DNA of 64,000 nucleotides from Octopus sinensis (GCF_006345805.1 NC_043002.1:70680001-70744000), one strand, 5' to 3'. Counted from the stretch's first letter, positions 1 through 12,709 are shown. Translations and numbers: made by a program. The notes: generated from the sequence alone by a model not told the origin.

Positions 1-200
1 TGACAGAAGTAGGAAGAAAGATTGAGAGAAAGTTGTGGTGAAAGAGTACAGCGGGGTTCACCACCCACCCCCGCCGGAGCCTCGTGGAGCTTAAGTGTTT
101 TTGCTCAATAAACACTCATAATGCCAGGTCTGGGAATCGAAACCGCGTTCTTGCGACCGCGAGTCAGCTGCCCTAACGACTGGGCCATTGCACGTCCACT
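1..200 (-). mobile_element. tRNA-derived SINE (family B), 5' portion
   Basis: Minus strand reads GCAATGGCCCAGTCGTTAGGGCAGCTGACTCGCGGTC...GGTTTCGATTCCC (A/B boxes). Colinear with the copy at 29905-30290. Confidence 0.85.
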
Positions 201-242
201 GCTGTTGTTGTTGTCTATCCACCGTTGTTATCGTCTGCACAG

Positions 243-459
243 TCTCTAACCAGTGTCTCTGATATCAAATTCCGTACATTTTCTTTCTTAAACAGAGTCG
301 ATCGTTCCTTCTCCATTGGATATTTTGGAGATAATTGTGATGAGGATCGTGGATGGTTCACTGTTATTGATCGTCCATTTAACTGTTCGTATGCCAATTT
401 CTCACATTATCCTGCAATTCTTTATGCCAATTCAAAGACACAAACCTACTGGAACCAAG
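243..459 (+). CDS. Internal coding exon of an uncharacterised, probably secreted/extracellular protein (SLTSVSDIKFRTFSFLNRVDRSFSIGYFGDNCDEDRGWFTVIDRPFNCSYANFSHYPAILYANSKTQTYWNQ)
   Basis: Open, complex frame with CAG acceptor at 240-242 and GTAAGT donor at 460; ends in phase 1. The C-x2-D-x-GW...C...P-x-ILY...WN pattern resembles, from memory, an unnamed domain common in molluscan proteins. The exon start is less certain than the end. Confidence 0.75.
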
Positions 460-467
460 GTAAGTCT

Positions 468-632
468 CTGTGAGTTCAAATTCCGCCGAGGTCGACTTTG
501 CCTTTCATCCTTTCGGGGTCGATAAATTAAGTACCAGTTACGCACTGGGGTAGATGTAATCGACTTAATACCTATGTCTGTCCTTGTTTGTCGCCTCTAT
601 GTTTAGCCCCTTGAGGGTAATAAAGAAATAGG
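468..632 (+). mobile_element. SINE family D (Meta-domain-like), 5'-truncated
   Basis: GAGTTCAAATTCCGCCGAGGTCGACTTTGCCTTTCATCCTTTCGGGGTCGATAAATTAAGTACC; near-identical to 23190-23352. Confidence 0.8.
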
Positions 633-685
633 TAAGTCCTTTGCCATCGTACATTTATATTTACTGTGTATTTGCATTCATTTCG

Positions 686-742
686 ATAGTAGTAATGGTG
701 GCAGCAGCAGCCATAGCAGCAGCCGTAGTAGTAGTAATTGTT

Positions 743-797
<55 letters not shown>
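686..797 (+). repeat. (GCA)n/(GTA)n microsatellite
   Basis: Read directly from the sequence. Confidence 0.95.
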
Positions 798-799
<2 letters not shown>

Positions 800-1057
800 A
801 AAACGCGTGGCTTAGTGGTTAGGGCATTCAGCTCACGATTGTAAAGTCGTGAGTTCGATTCCCGGCGACGCGTTTTGTCCTTGAGCAAGACACTTCATTT
901 CACGTTGCTCCAGTCCACTCAGCTGGCAAAAATGACTTGTACCTGTATTTCAAAGGGCCGACCTTGTCACGCTGAATCTCCCTGTTCGTGTAGTGCTCAG
1001 TCACTTGCACGTTAATTTCACGAGCAGGCTGTTCCGTTGATCGGATCAAAAAGAACC

Positions 1058-1137
<80 letters not shown>

Positions 1138-2065
1138 GGTGGTGGTGGTGGTGTAGGTGGTGGTAGTAGAAGTAGTATTAGTAGTAGTATTAGTAGTAGT
1201 AGTGAAGGCGCATGTCTCAGTGGTTAGAGCGTCGAGCTTACGATCGCTAGGTTGTGAGTTTGGATCCCGGACCGGGTTGCGTGTTGTGTTTCTTGAGCAA
1301 GACACTTTATTTCACATTGCTCCAGTTCACTCAGCTATAGAAATGAGTTGCAACGTCACAGGTGCCAAGCTGCATCGGCCTCTTTGCCTTTCCCTTGGAT
1401 AACACTGGTGGCGTGTGGAGGGGGAGGCCGGTTTGCATGGGCGACTGCTGGTCTTCCATAAACAACCTTGTTCGGACTTGTGCCTGGGAGGGCAACTTTC
1501 TAGGTGCAATCCAATGGTCAGTCATGACCGAAGGGGGTCTGAACTCAAGTACTAGTAGAAGCAGCAGCAGCAGCAGTAGTAATAGTAGTAGTAGTAGGAG
1601 GAGGAGGAGGAGGAATGCTGTTGTTATGGGGTTATTTTGTTAGTATCGGTTGTAGACCCACCGCCATAGTAGAAGTCGCAATACAGCGAGAACGAAACCA
1701 GAACCCAACAAATGCAAACTGTGCGTCTTTATTCCACCAGCGCGTGAAAGCGCGTGGCTTAGTGGTTAGGGTACTCGGTTCACGATCGTAAGTTCATGAG
1801 TTCTATTCCGGGCGGTGGATTGCATCTTTGAGCAAGACATTTTATTTCACGTTACCCCAGTCCATTCAGCTGACAAAAATGAGTTGTTCCTTTATTTCAA
1901 AGGGCCAGTCTTGTCATATTCTGTGTTACGCCAAATCTCCCTGAGAACTAAGTTAAGGGTACACGTGTCTGTGGAGTACTCAGCCACTTGTGTGCTAATT
2001 TCAGGAGCAAACTGTTCCGGTGATTGAATTAACTAGAATACATTTCGTTGTAACCAGCGAAGTGT
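797..2065 (+). mobile_element. Three tRNA-derived SINEs with a V-domain-like core (797-1062, 1202-1540, 1744-2065), separated by triplet microsatellites and a short unique spacer
   Basis: Each starts GTGAA.GCGCGTGGCTTAGTGGTTAG (A box), followed by a GTTCGATTCC-like B box and TGTCCTTGAGCAAGACACTT. The 1202 copy has a different 3' body. Confidence 0.85.
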
Positions 2066-2328
2066 CAATAAAAATCCACATATCCATCAATAACATCTGA
2101 CGATCGCTTGAAATCACACCAAAATATTTCTGTTTCGAATATTGTCTGTTTTCTGTTCAGATCCAGAAATAAAACACCCGATGACTCTCAGGGATAAAAC
2201 TAATCGAACCACAGTATACATGTACATACACTATTTATCTTTCTTGTGCGCTCAACTCCCGATGAAAGAGTAGTGGAAGATGGTCGTTGTCACATACAAA
2301 GAAATTTTATCTAAAAATAACGGACATG

Positions 2329-2905
2329 AGGCGCAGGCGTGGCTGTGTGGTAAGTAGCTTGCTTACGAACTACATGGTTCCGGGTTCAGTCCCACTGCGT
2401 GGAACTTTGGGCAAGTGTTTTCTATAATAGACTCGGACCAAAGCCTTGTGAGTGGATTTGGTAGATGGAAACTGAAAGAAGCTCATCGTATATATGTATA
2501 TGATACTCTTTACTCTTTTACTTGTTTCAGTCATTTGACTGCGGCTATGCTGGAGCACCACCTTTAATCGAGCAACTCGACCCCGGGACTTATTCTTTGT
2601 AAGCCCAGTACTTATTCTATCGGTCTCTTTTGCCGAACCGTTAAGTGACGGGGACATAAACACACCAGCATCGGTTGTCAAGCAAAGCTAGCGGGACAAA
2701 CACAGACACACAAACACACGCACAAAAACATACGTATATACGACGGGCTTCTTTCAGTTTCCGTCTACCAAATCCACTCACAAGGCTTTGGTCTGCCCGA
2801 GGCTATAGTAGAAGACACTTGCCCAAAGTGCCACGCAGTGGGACTGAACCCAGAACCATGTGGTTGGTAAGCAAGCAACTTACCACACAGCCACTCATGC
2901 GCCTA
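2329..2905. mobile_element. Two family-A SINEs in opposite orientation (5' half on +, 2329-2495; full copy on -, 2505-2905)
   Basis: Head GGCGCAGGxGTGGCTGTGTGGTAAGTAGCTTGC...GGTTCAGTCCC on both strands; tail ...CAGTCAAATGACTGAAACAAGTAAAAGAG. Confidence 0.9.
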
Positions 2906-2919
2906 TATATAACACATTA

Positions 2920-3015
<96 letters not shown>

Positions 3016-3199
3016 TAATTATGATTTCATTCAACATATTACTCTCTCAGATTCACACACTTATTGCAGTGACCCATCAGTTTTTCTAACCTTGTAAAAG
3101 AACTCGGAAGATTGGGTCTCCAGCCAAATCTTTTGCAATACTCTTAAAACCTTGAACAGCATCCGTTGTTTATATATTTGTGTACTACATTTCCATTCG

Positions 3200-3470
3200 T
3201 GGAGGCACATGACCTAGTGGTTAGAGCAGCGGACTCGCGGTCGAGGGATCGCGGGTTCGAATCTCAGACCGGTCGATGTGTGTGTTTATGATCGAAACAC
3301 CTAAGCTCCACGCGGCTCCAGCAGAACTTTCTCTCACTCTTTCCTTCTGCATCTGCAGCTCACTTGCGACGGACCGGCGTCCCGTCCAGGTGAGGAACCT
3401 ATACGCCAAGAAAACCGGGAAACTGGCCCTTATGAGCCAGTCGTGGCTCGAGAAGGAACAAACAACAAAA
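3200..3470 (+). mobile_element. tRNA-derived SINE (family B head)
   Basis: TGGAGGCACATGACCTAGTGGTTAGAGCAGCGGACTCGCGG...GGTTCGAATCTC, with an ACAA-rich tail. Confidence 0.8.
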
Positions 3471-3852
3471 TTTCCATCAGTTTGATCTCTAGCAGACATC
3501 AGCTGTCTTATTATCGGGTGTGCACACATTTTTCCATGTAAATTTGCAACTTTAATTTCGCTCAGTTTGACCTCCAGTAGCCAACATTAATGTATGCATT
3601 AATACCATTTATCTCTATTTGATGTAGAAATCTTTATTAGCAAACATAGAGAACATATATATGATTCTAAACAGCAAAGATTGCTGTGTTCGTTGCGATT
3701 TTCTGGGCTCTGACTTCAAATCCTGCCGATATCATTTTCCTTGTTTCGGAATCAATAAATAAGGTACCAGCTTTGGGGTCCATTATTGGAACTTAATTTT
3801 TCTGGTAGAAATCAGCTGTATTCTGACTTTGGGAAGAATGGTTTGCATTCAT

Positions 3853-3994
3853 ACTCTTTACTTGTTTCAGTCATTTGACTGCGGCCATGCTGGAGCACGG
3901 CCTTTAGTCGAGCAAATCGAACCCAGGACTCATCCTTTGTAAGCCTAGTACTTATTCTATCGGTCTCATTTGCTGAACCGCTAACTTACGGGGA

Positions 3995-4051
<57 letters not shown>

Positions 4052-4112
4052 ACACACACATATATATATATACATATATATATATATACATACATATACA
4101 TATATACGACGG
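3853..4112 (-). mobile_element. Family-A SINE, 3' half
   Basis: Family-A tail plus the internal (CA)n(TA)n microsatellite. Confidence 0.8.
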
Positions 4113-4197
4113 GCGATTTTAAAATTCTAGTTCAAATTTGCCGAATTATGTTACAAATTAATATGAACATTTTCGTATTGTCGCTGTTGCTAATGTA

Positions 4198-4733
4198 TTG
4201 GGTTATCCGGAAAGTTCGTGCCGATTTTTAAAGGAAAGAAAAAGATCAATAATTCAACCAAATATGAACCATTTTGATGCACGACTTGTCTCCATCTTTC
4301 CTTTAGCTTGAAAATACCCTCTTCCCAGAATTGGGGTGGTTTCATGGCAAAGAATTCATCAAGGTATGTTTTTACGTCATCAAAGGAATTGAAATTTTTA
4401 CCATTAAGACTATTCTGCAGAGACCTGAATAAGTGGAAATCCGAAGGAGCAATATCTGGAGGGTGGGGTAACACATCCCAGCCGAGCTGCAGCAATTTCT
4501 GTCTGGTTCCCAAAGCCTCAAGTGCTGAAAATGAACTTTCTCATCTTCCAATTTAAAGGGTTACAGAATTAATACAGGTTATAGAAATATATACCTTCTT
4601 CCACGAAAAGATAGTTTAAACTGTGCTCTAAATGGAGGTGTTGTCAAATCCTATTTCATGGACTTAACGATGTTCTAAAATACGTCGAAAGGTAAGCTAC
4701 TATAAATCGGCACGAACTTTCCGGACAACCCAG
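4198..4733 (-). mobile_element. Non-autonomous mariner element (internally deleted transposase)
   Basis: TIRs TTGGGTTATCCGGAAAGTTCGTGCCGATTT / AAATCGGCACGAACTTTCCGGACAACCCAG with TA flanks. Encodes the mariner C-terminus (WDVLPHPP-DIAPSDFHLFRSLQNSL...GIFKLKERW). Confidence 0.92.
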
Positions 4734-4806
4734 TAGTTGTACTTACTGCTTTTCATCGTGTTACTCTTATTGTTGAAATTGAGGTGTTTTTTTTTTTTTT
4801 TTTCAG

Positions 4807-4853
4807 GATATCACCTGATTGACGACATGCGATTGCTTGTCTACCTGAATTAA
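4807..4853 (+). CDS. Terminal coding exon (GYHLIDDMRLLVYLN-stop) of the same gene
   Basis: Long poly-T tract plus CAG acceptor (4804-4806). Joining in phase 1 to exon 243-459 gives GGA-TAT-CAC... ending at TAA 4851-4853. Confidence 0.7.
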
Positions 4854-5001
4854 TGGCAAATCTAAGTTAGTTATAAACGTCTCTTATATTTTGTATTTTT
4901 ACTTAAAAGTTGAAATCAAAATGCTCAAGAACCATTTTTAATGAAGAGACTAATTGCCTGCATGTTTATTCATCAAAAATTTAATGTTACAAATTTACAT
5001 A

Positions 5002-5513
5002 CCGTAAATCCTCGAGTATAACCCGCATTTTTTCCCCAAAATTAAAAGGTCAAAATCCCTAGTGCGTACTATATACGAGGTTAAAAATGAAAATTATTTT
5101 CTAAGCAATGTCCGAGTCTCTATTTGCTGTCCGGCAATGTATTCAGACGCATTTTGTAATGTGGGGCGTGAAAATACCTTAAGCTAAGCCTGAAAGCAAT
5201 GAAGTCATAAAAGGATCATCCATAACTTGCAGTAAGCAACATTTATTAAACGTTATTACTGTTATTTCTTTATTTTCTGCAAAGAAAATGCACAAAAAAG
5301 ATACACGTTTGCATTGTGTTATATATATACAATAATAATAAAGGACGTTACCGTATACATTTTTACAAACCAAGGACGTTATATAGACCTCCTTGACACA
5401 AATTAGAGAAGGGGTGCGTATTATACACAAGGTTCAGGATTTTCAGAGGTACAGCCCTCTAAAAATCCCCTGCGTATTATACTCAAAGGCGGACTATACT
5501 CGAGAATTTACGG
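5002..5513. mobile_element. MITE of the Tc1/mariner/pogo superfamily
   Basis: TIRs CCGTAAATCCTCGAGTATA / TATACTCGAGAATTTACGG with TA on both sides; subterminal GTGCGTA-TATAC repeats. Confidence 0.88.
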
Positions 5514-5626
5514 TACTTTTTTAAAAAATCACGCAATTTAAGCAAAATTGAAAATTATAAGCCCTCATTGTTTGAAAAAGAAACTAATGGGTGTAAATAG
5601 AAACATTTTTTTGTTATTACATAATG

Positions 5627-5858
5627 CTCTTTACTCTTTTACTCTTTTACTTGTTTCAGACAGTCATTTGAATGCAGCTATGCTGGTGCACCGCCTTTAG
5701 TCGAGCGCATCGACCCCCAGGACTTGCTCTTCGTAAGCTTTGTACTTATTCTATCGGTCTCTTTTGCCAAACCGCTAAAGTACGGGGACGTAAACTCACC
5801 AGCATCAGCTGTCAAGCGATATTGGGGGGACAAACACAGTCACTTAAACATATACACA

Positions 5859-5906
<48 letters not shown>

Positions 5907-6078
5907 CATATATACGACGGGCTACTTTCAGTTTCCGTACACCAAATCCACTCACAAGGATTTGGTCGGCCCGAAGCTATAGTAGAAGACACTTGCCCAA
6001 AGTGCCACGCAGTGGGAATGAACCCGGAACCATGTGGTTCGTAAGCAAGCTACTTATCACACGGCCGCTCCTACGCCT
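5627..6078 (-). mobile_element. Family-A SINE, full length
   Basis: tRNA-like head, internal (TA)n, conserved 3' tail. Confidence 0.9.
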
Positions 6079-6187
6079 ATATGCAAACTTTAAAGAAATT
6101 AATTATTTTGTTTCTTTGAGATTTTTTAAAACTCTATTATACTTGTTTGAATTACAATTTTTGTCATGATGAGTTTTGTTAAGAAAT

Positions 6188-6605
6188 AGGCGTAGGAGTG
6201 GCCGTGTGGTAAGTAGCTTGCTTACCAACCACATGGTTCCGGGTTCAGTCCCACTGCGTGATACCTTGGGTATGTGCCTTCTACTATAGCCTCGGGCCAA
6301 GCTAGGCCTTGTGAGTGGATTTGATAGACGGAAACTGAAAGTAACCCGTCGTATATATGTATATATATGTGTGTGTGAGTGTGTGTGCGTGTGTATACGT
6401 TTGTTATTTGTGATTGTCCCCCACCCCAACATCGCTTGACAACCGATGCTGGTGTATTTGCGTCCTCGTAACATAGCGGTTCGGCCAAAGAGACTGATGG
6501 AATAAGTACTAGGCCTACAAAGAATAAGTCCTGGCGTTGATTTGATCGACTAAACGCAGAGCTCCAGCATGACCGGAGTCAAATGGCTAAAAGAATACAA
6601 GAATG
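6188..6605 (+). mobile_element. Family-A SINE, full length
   Basis: Same structure on the + strand, head-to-head with the 5627-6078 copy. Confidence 0.9.
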
Positions 6606-7107
6606 AGTTAAATTTTATGATACAATATTTGTGATTTGATTTTTGTTTATAAGTTTTGTTAAGAAAAAAATAATTTTTTTAATGATATGATAATAATAAT
6701 ATAATTAAAAAATAATATAATGCTAAAAAAACAAGCCAGAAATGTTTCGTTTAATACAAAGAAATTTTTAGATAAAAAATATTAAATTTAAATTTAAAAA
6801 ATTGTAATAAAACACCAAAAAATACGAAGAGCAAAACAGTGCACTTAATATTTCATGAACAATTTTGGAAATTTATTTAGCAAATGCTAACTTCGGCTTC
6901 AATGTTGTAAGATTTATTGTTTCTCTTCTTGTTCTGTACTTTTCCAGGTTTAACTGCTGCTTTTCCTGTAAGCTTCTCCGAGTTCAATACTTAAGAATAT
7001 TCTACGATTTTGCACCCGCAATCATTATCATATTGATCCACTTTTTTTTCCAGGCAACTTTTCTATTATTATAATCCTTATATTTACTTTTATCACGGAA
7101 AAAATTG

Positions 7108-7616
7108 CTACTCTTTTACTTGTTTCAGTCATTTGACTGCAGCCATGCTGGAGCACCGACTTTAGTTGAGCAAATCGACCCCAGGAGCACTCCGTCGGTT
7201 GCGACGACGAGGGTCCCAGCTGATACGATCAACGGAACAGCTTGCTCGTGAAATTAACGTGCAAGTTGCCGAGCACTCCACAGACACGTGTACCCTTAAC
7301 GTAGTTCTCGGGGAGATTCAGCTGGCCTTTTGAAATACAGATGCTACTCATTTTTGCCAGCTGAGTGAACTGGAGCAACGGGAAATAAAGTGTCTTGCTC
7401 ACGGACACAACGCGCCGCCGGGAATTGATCATGAGGCGAATGCCCCTAACCACTAAGCCACGCGCCTTCAACAACCCCAAAACTTTTACTTCGTAAGCCT
7501 AGTACTTTAGTCTATCGCTCTCTTTTCCCGAACGGCTAAGTTACGGGGACGTAAACACACCAGCATCGGTTGTCAAGCGATGTTGGGGGACAAATACAGA
7601 CACACAAACACATATG

Positions 7617-7691
<75 letters not shown>

Positions 7692-7860
7692 GTATACGAC
7701 GGGTTTCTTTCAGTTTCCGTCAACCAAATCCACTCACAAGGCTTTGCTCGGCCCGAGGCTATAGTAGAAGACACTTGGTCAAGGTGCCACGCAGTGGGAT
7801 TGAACCCGGAACCGTGTGGTTCGTAAGCAAGCTACTCACCACTCAGTCACTCCTTCTATA
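7108..7860 (-). mobile_element. Family-A SINE with a nested family-C SINE (7187-7471, minus)
   Basis: Family-A sequence breaks at ACCCCAGGA (7186) and resumes near 7480. The insert carries the family-C head and body. Confidence 0.85.
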
Positions 7861-8106
7861 CAAAATATCTTAATAAATACAAATTTTGTTTAAACTTTGA
7901 AATTTTGTTTGCACATAAAAATAGCAAAGCATTACAGCACCATATCCGTTACAAATAAATAGATTTTAAAATTATTTGCATTATAAAATAACGTTATGTT
8001 CTTATAAAATAATGTTATATTCTAATAAAAGAATTAATAATAAATTGCTTTCACGATTGAATTTTTTATATTTTAATATGTTTTTAATAAGTACATTATA
8101 AACAAA

Positions 8107-8150
8107 CTAGCAGAGATACCTGGAGTTGCTTGGGACTAATATGGTATTGT
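8107..8150 (-). mobile_element. Helitron 3' end fragment
   Basis: Minus strand CCCAAGCAACTCCAGGTATCTCTGCTAG|T resembles the 3' end at 16996-17024. Confidence 0.55.
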
Positions 8151-8151
8151 T

Positions 8152-8191
<40 letters not shown>

Positions 8192-8192
<1 letters not shown>

Positions 8193-8356
8193 TAGGGTTC
8201 CGCCAGTACAGTCCAGGGGTTCTGCAAGAAGTTACAAAAATGCTAAAATCTCCTGTGCAGATATGTGGGCATAAGACTATTATTGTACAGGGGTTCCTCG
8301 AGCCTGTGGAATGTTTCCTTGGGGTTCCGCTCCAGCAAAATGTTTGAAAAGCACTG
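8192..8356 (+). mobile_element. hAT-like MITE fragment
   Basis: Repeated GGGGTTCC(G) subterminal motifs ending TTGAAAAGCACTG; only one terminus visible. Confidence 0.45.
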
Positions 8357-8858
8357 CACTAGAATAATACTCACGTGAGCAAAATATCTGACCATTTACG
8401 ACTTCGCCTAGAAATGGTTCTTACAGAAATACCATCCTTTCTCGCATTTCTCTATGAGTCTATCAAACGTTATAAATTCAGTACCCCTTAGCTACCTAAG
8501 AGAGAATACTGTTAGACATCATATGAGACGCTTAATGGTGATTGTGGGCAGCAGCTAAGTCAGTAAGAATAGGTGACAGCAGCACAACGACCAGCCGCAA
8601 AATTTTGACTGATGCAACAATTATATCAAGATCAATAACATGTAAACTCTCTCGACGTTTTGTAGTTTTTAGAAACAACATTTGTTCATTCTTTACGGGA
8701 AGACTAAAAATGTTGCTTGTCAAAAATGACAACTGATTTCGTTGTCTTCTTTGTACACATACATGTATGTATGTGTACAAAGAAGACGATGAATTACATG
8801 TATGTATGTGTGTATGTATGTATGTATGTATGTATGTATGTATGTATGTATGTATGTA

Positions 8859-8900
<42 letters not shown>

Positions 8901-9581
8901 TATTCGTAAGGTTTATGTAGTTGGTCGATTATGATTGAACAATATTTTAGAAATACTTTACTTTATAGGTCCCACGATAATTCAAAGCACAATTGATGTT
9001 GCTTTGATATGAAATTCGAAAGTAATAAGTCGTAATTACCACAAAATCTACCGACTAGAAAACGGGAAGCAGATCTTATCCTTTTGATACCAACCCATCC
9101 GAGACCGCTGTTGGTGCTACGTTCCAGGCTTGTTTTGGAAAAGAGAACTAAATTAAAACCTCCAATAAAACTTTGATGTTAATTTATGGTCAAAACAGCA
9201 GCTTAATTATGACAGTTACTTTACTAAATTCTTTCTTATTTTGAAAATTAATGGAAACAAGGTCAGAGTATTTCAGCAGAAATATTGTAACAAAGGTGTT
9301 AAGGGAAATGAAATGTTTACGATAAAGTAAGATGACAGTTTGGCACATGAAAACAAAGAAAGCAATATGAGGCTCTAGACAAAATGGTCATAAATTTATA
9401 ACTCACTTAAATGATGGCAAAAATATTGTCTAGTAAATAAATGAGAAAGAGATACACAGCAACTAATAGACTGATGTTAGGGTCTGATTTCAGAATCCCC
9501 CACTACGGATATCTTTGTATATGTGTATCTAGAGATATGTGTATGTATAAGTATTTCGATACATACACACACACACACACA

Positions 9582-9672
<91 letters not shown>

Positions 9673-9824
9673 AAATATGTATACATATATATATATAAAT
9701 ATGTACGCATATATATTTATATGTGTATACATATATATATATCTATATATGTATGCGTATATATATATAAATAGGGATATATATATATAAATATATATGC
9801 ATATATATAGATAAATATATATAC

Positions 9825-10641
9825 TTCCCTTTTTACGTAAGATTGTTCTTTATATTAAGTTTTGTTCTTGATATTAACTTCGATGCGCACTCTTAACCTT
9901 TCTGTCTCATCCCTTTCGCAGCCTTCATTCTTTGATTTCCTTTTCCTCTACTTAACTTTTCTCTTTCTCTCTCTCATTCTTCACTCTCTCTCTCTCTCTC
10001 CTCTTCATTCTTCATGGTTTCCTCACAACCATTCCCCTTATCTCCCTTTCTCTTGCTCCTCCTCCCCCCCTTCCGTCGTTGACCCGCGACGAGACTTCCG
10101 CTACTGTCTTTCTACCCTTACCCTCTCGAGATATGGACGATAATTCTTTTTGCTTCGCTCGTCGTTCACAAAAAAATCCGCGTTCGCAATACTTTTTTTC
10201 GTTCGGCGTTAACATGCCCTTCTTATCTTGTTTTTCCTTGTCCTGTCTTTTACTGTTTATAATTTGTACTGTCGTTACTGTCCTGTTTTTGTTACCATTT
10301 TTTACCCCTCTGCGAAAAGATGTCAGAATTTTAATTGATTTGCTTTTCGCAGGAAGGAAAGTTTCTTGTCGAGGATACGTCTCGCTTTCACCTTCGAAAC
10401 GTAGAGTAGATGAAACCATAGCGACTGAAGAAGGGTTTTTTTCTTTGTGTTAATTGTCCTGTACTCTATTTTTTTGTTGTTTAAAAAATGTCCAGTTCCT
10501 TTGGTTAGTGTCTATGTTTTCGTTTCTCATTGTGTTCGACGTCTTTTTGGTGTCCTGTACTCATATATGCGTGTATATGTACATGTAGAGGTAGGTAGTA
10601 CATATATGTTTATATATATGCATATTTTTTATTTTTATTTA

Positions 10642-10695
<54 letters not shown>

Positions 10696-11775
10696 TGTAT
10701 ACATATATATGCCTGCATACATATATATATATGTATATATACATATCAAAATAAGCTACACGATATGAAGTAGTGATGCTGTACGACCGTTTCAGACAAT
10801 TCCATTTAAATGAACAATACAATCATTACATAAATTTAAATGCAGTGCCATCTTCAGCTGCATAAATATATAAATGGAATTTTATATGTATACATGTACA
10901 CATATGTATATATATATATATACCAAATTAATAAATAAAACATATGCATATATACATACATATATGTACGTCCCTACATCTACATGTATATATACATGCA
11001 TATATGGGTACAGGACACCAAAAAAAAAACGTCGAACACAATGAGAAACGAAAACATAAACACAAAACCAAGGAACTGGACATTTTTCTTAAACAACGAA
11101 AAAATAGAGTACTGGACATATAACACAAGGAAATTTCCCCTTCTTCAGTCGCCATGGTTTCATCTATTCCGCGTTTCGAAGGTGAAGGCGAGACGCGTCT
11201 CCGACTGAAACATTCCTTCACACGAAAAGCAAATTAAATAAAATTCGAGAATTTTTTGCGGAGGGGTAAAAATGGTAACAAAAACAGGACAGTAACGACA
11301 GTACAAAATAGAAACAGTAAAGGACAGGACAAGGAGAATAACAGTAACACAGACAAGAAGGGCTGTTAAGTCGAACGAGATAAAATATTACGAACGCTAT
11401 TTTTGAGAACGGCGAAAGAGCCACAGAATTGCCGTCTACACTCGGGTGAAGCAAGGTCAGAAAAGACAGTAGTTTCTTCATCGCTGACCAGCGACGGGAC
11501 AGGGGAGGAGGAGTAAGAGAAAGGGGAGGGGAGAGAAAAAAGAGGAATGGTTGTAGAGAAAACCAGAAAGAATGAAGAATGAGAGAGAGGGAGGGAGGGA
11601 GAGACAGTAAGGTAGAAGAAAAGGAAACCAGAAAGAAGAAAGGCTGAGAAAGGGAGAAAGGGGGACAGAAAGGTTAAGAGTGCGCATCAGTATCAATATT
11701 AAGAACAAACTTACTTACATGTAGATGTAGGTACGTACATATATGTATGTATATATGCATATGTTTTATTTATTA
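9825..11775. repeat. Two diverged, inverted copies of an ~0.8-kb interspersed repeat (9825-10645 +; 10925-11775 -), probably PLE-derived
   Basis: Shared blocks include GATGCGCACTCTTAACCTTTCTGTC, CACCTTCGAAACG...GATGAAACCAT.GCGACTGAAGAAGGG and GTGTTCGACGT...GGTGTCCTGTAC. Confidence 0.8.
10776..10863 (-). ncRNA. Type I hammerhead ribozyme motif with extended stem II
   Basis: Minus strand: ATGCAG CTGAAGA TGGC..CATTTAAAT..ATTTAAATG..GTCT GAAA C GGTC G TA CAGCAT. Confidence 0.65.
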
Positions 11776-11929
11776 ATTTGTTATTACACGACAGAACGCA
11801 CGCATCCATTTCTAAGTTAAGGGGAAAAAGAAGTTTAAAATATGTTTTTCAAAAAATAATGATACTTATATACAAAAATTAATAAATAAGTATACCAATA
11901 CATTGTAGAGTCTTTCTGCTTTTAGAGTT

Positions 11930-12625
11930 CAGTAATATTCCCTGGAGAAACTTCTTTGGAGGTTCAGGATGCATGTGCTTAAATGTAGTGTTTAGTTTAA
12001 AGTGTTGGGTGAATGTGTTTCAAAACAGGAAATGGGGTAGGAGTTATCCAGTTCCTTTGAGTAAGGGGAGATAATTCTGTAGATTTTATGCTCTTTAATT
12101 GGAATGATGGATTTTTTGTCAAATAGGACGCTTATGTCAATTTTTTTTGTCAGATAAGATGCTAGAAAAAGGAGTATGGACATCGTGGAGTTTGCATATT
12201 AAGACGCGTTCGGAATTTTTCAATAAAAAGATTTTCCTAGTTGATTTTTTTTTGTGTAGAGATTTTGTCTTTACATTGGTAGAAAGGGAATATGTGAAAT
12301 TTTGGATTTTTATCTCTAGCGCAAGAGTCTATGTGGCTACGAAGTGGAATTTGACGGTATTGTTGGAGATTGTTCGCACGTTTTATTCCATAGTTTATGA
12401 ATGTGGAGGGATATTGAGGGAGTGTTGTTTTTAGGTCTTGAAGGCGTATTTCTCGAGTTTTTGGATCCGAGACAATGGTGCATAAACTTTTAGCTGAGTT
12501 GAAAGGGATATTTATCTTGGTGTGTTTTGGGTGGCATGGGCTGAAGAGGAGGTATTATTGTGAGTCTGTAGGTTTGTGATAGGTGTCTGTTGTGATTTGG
12601 TTGTTAGGTGTTTTTATAATTAAGA
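11930..12625 (-). mobile_element. Penelope-like element RT C-terminal relic
   Basis: Minus translation [33 protein letters not shown] matches the PLE thumb/linker motif; contains stops. Confidence 0.8.
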
Positions 12626-12634
12626 GATCAAGGA

Positions 12635-12709
<75 letters not shown>

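Noticed and set aside
797-875. tRNA genes (here and at other A/B-box sites)
   Set aside because: Each continues into a shared SINE body and tail and lacks a proper acceptor stem.
5672-6488. Recurrent '[29 protein letters not shown]' protein family
   Set aside because: Antisense translation of the family-A SINE.
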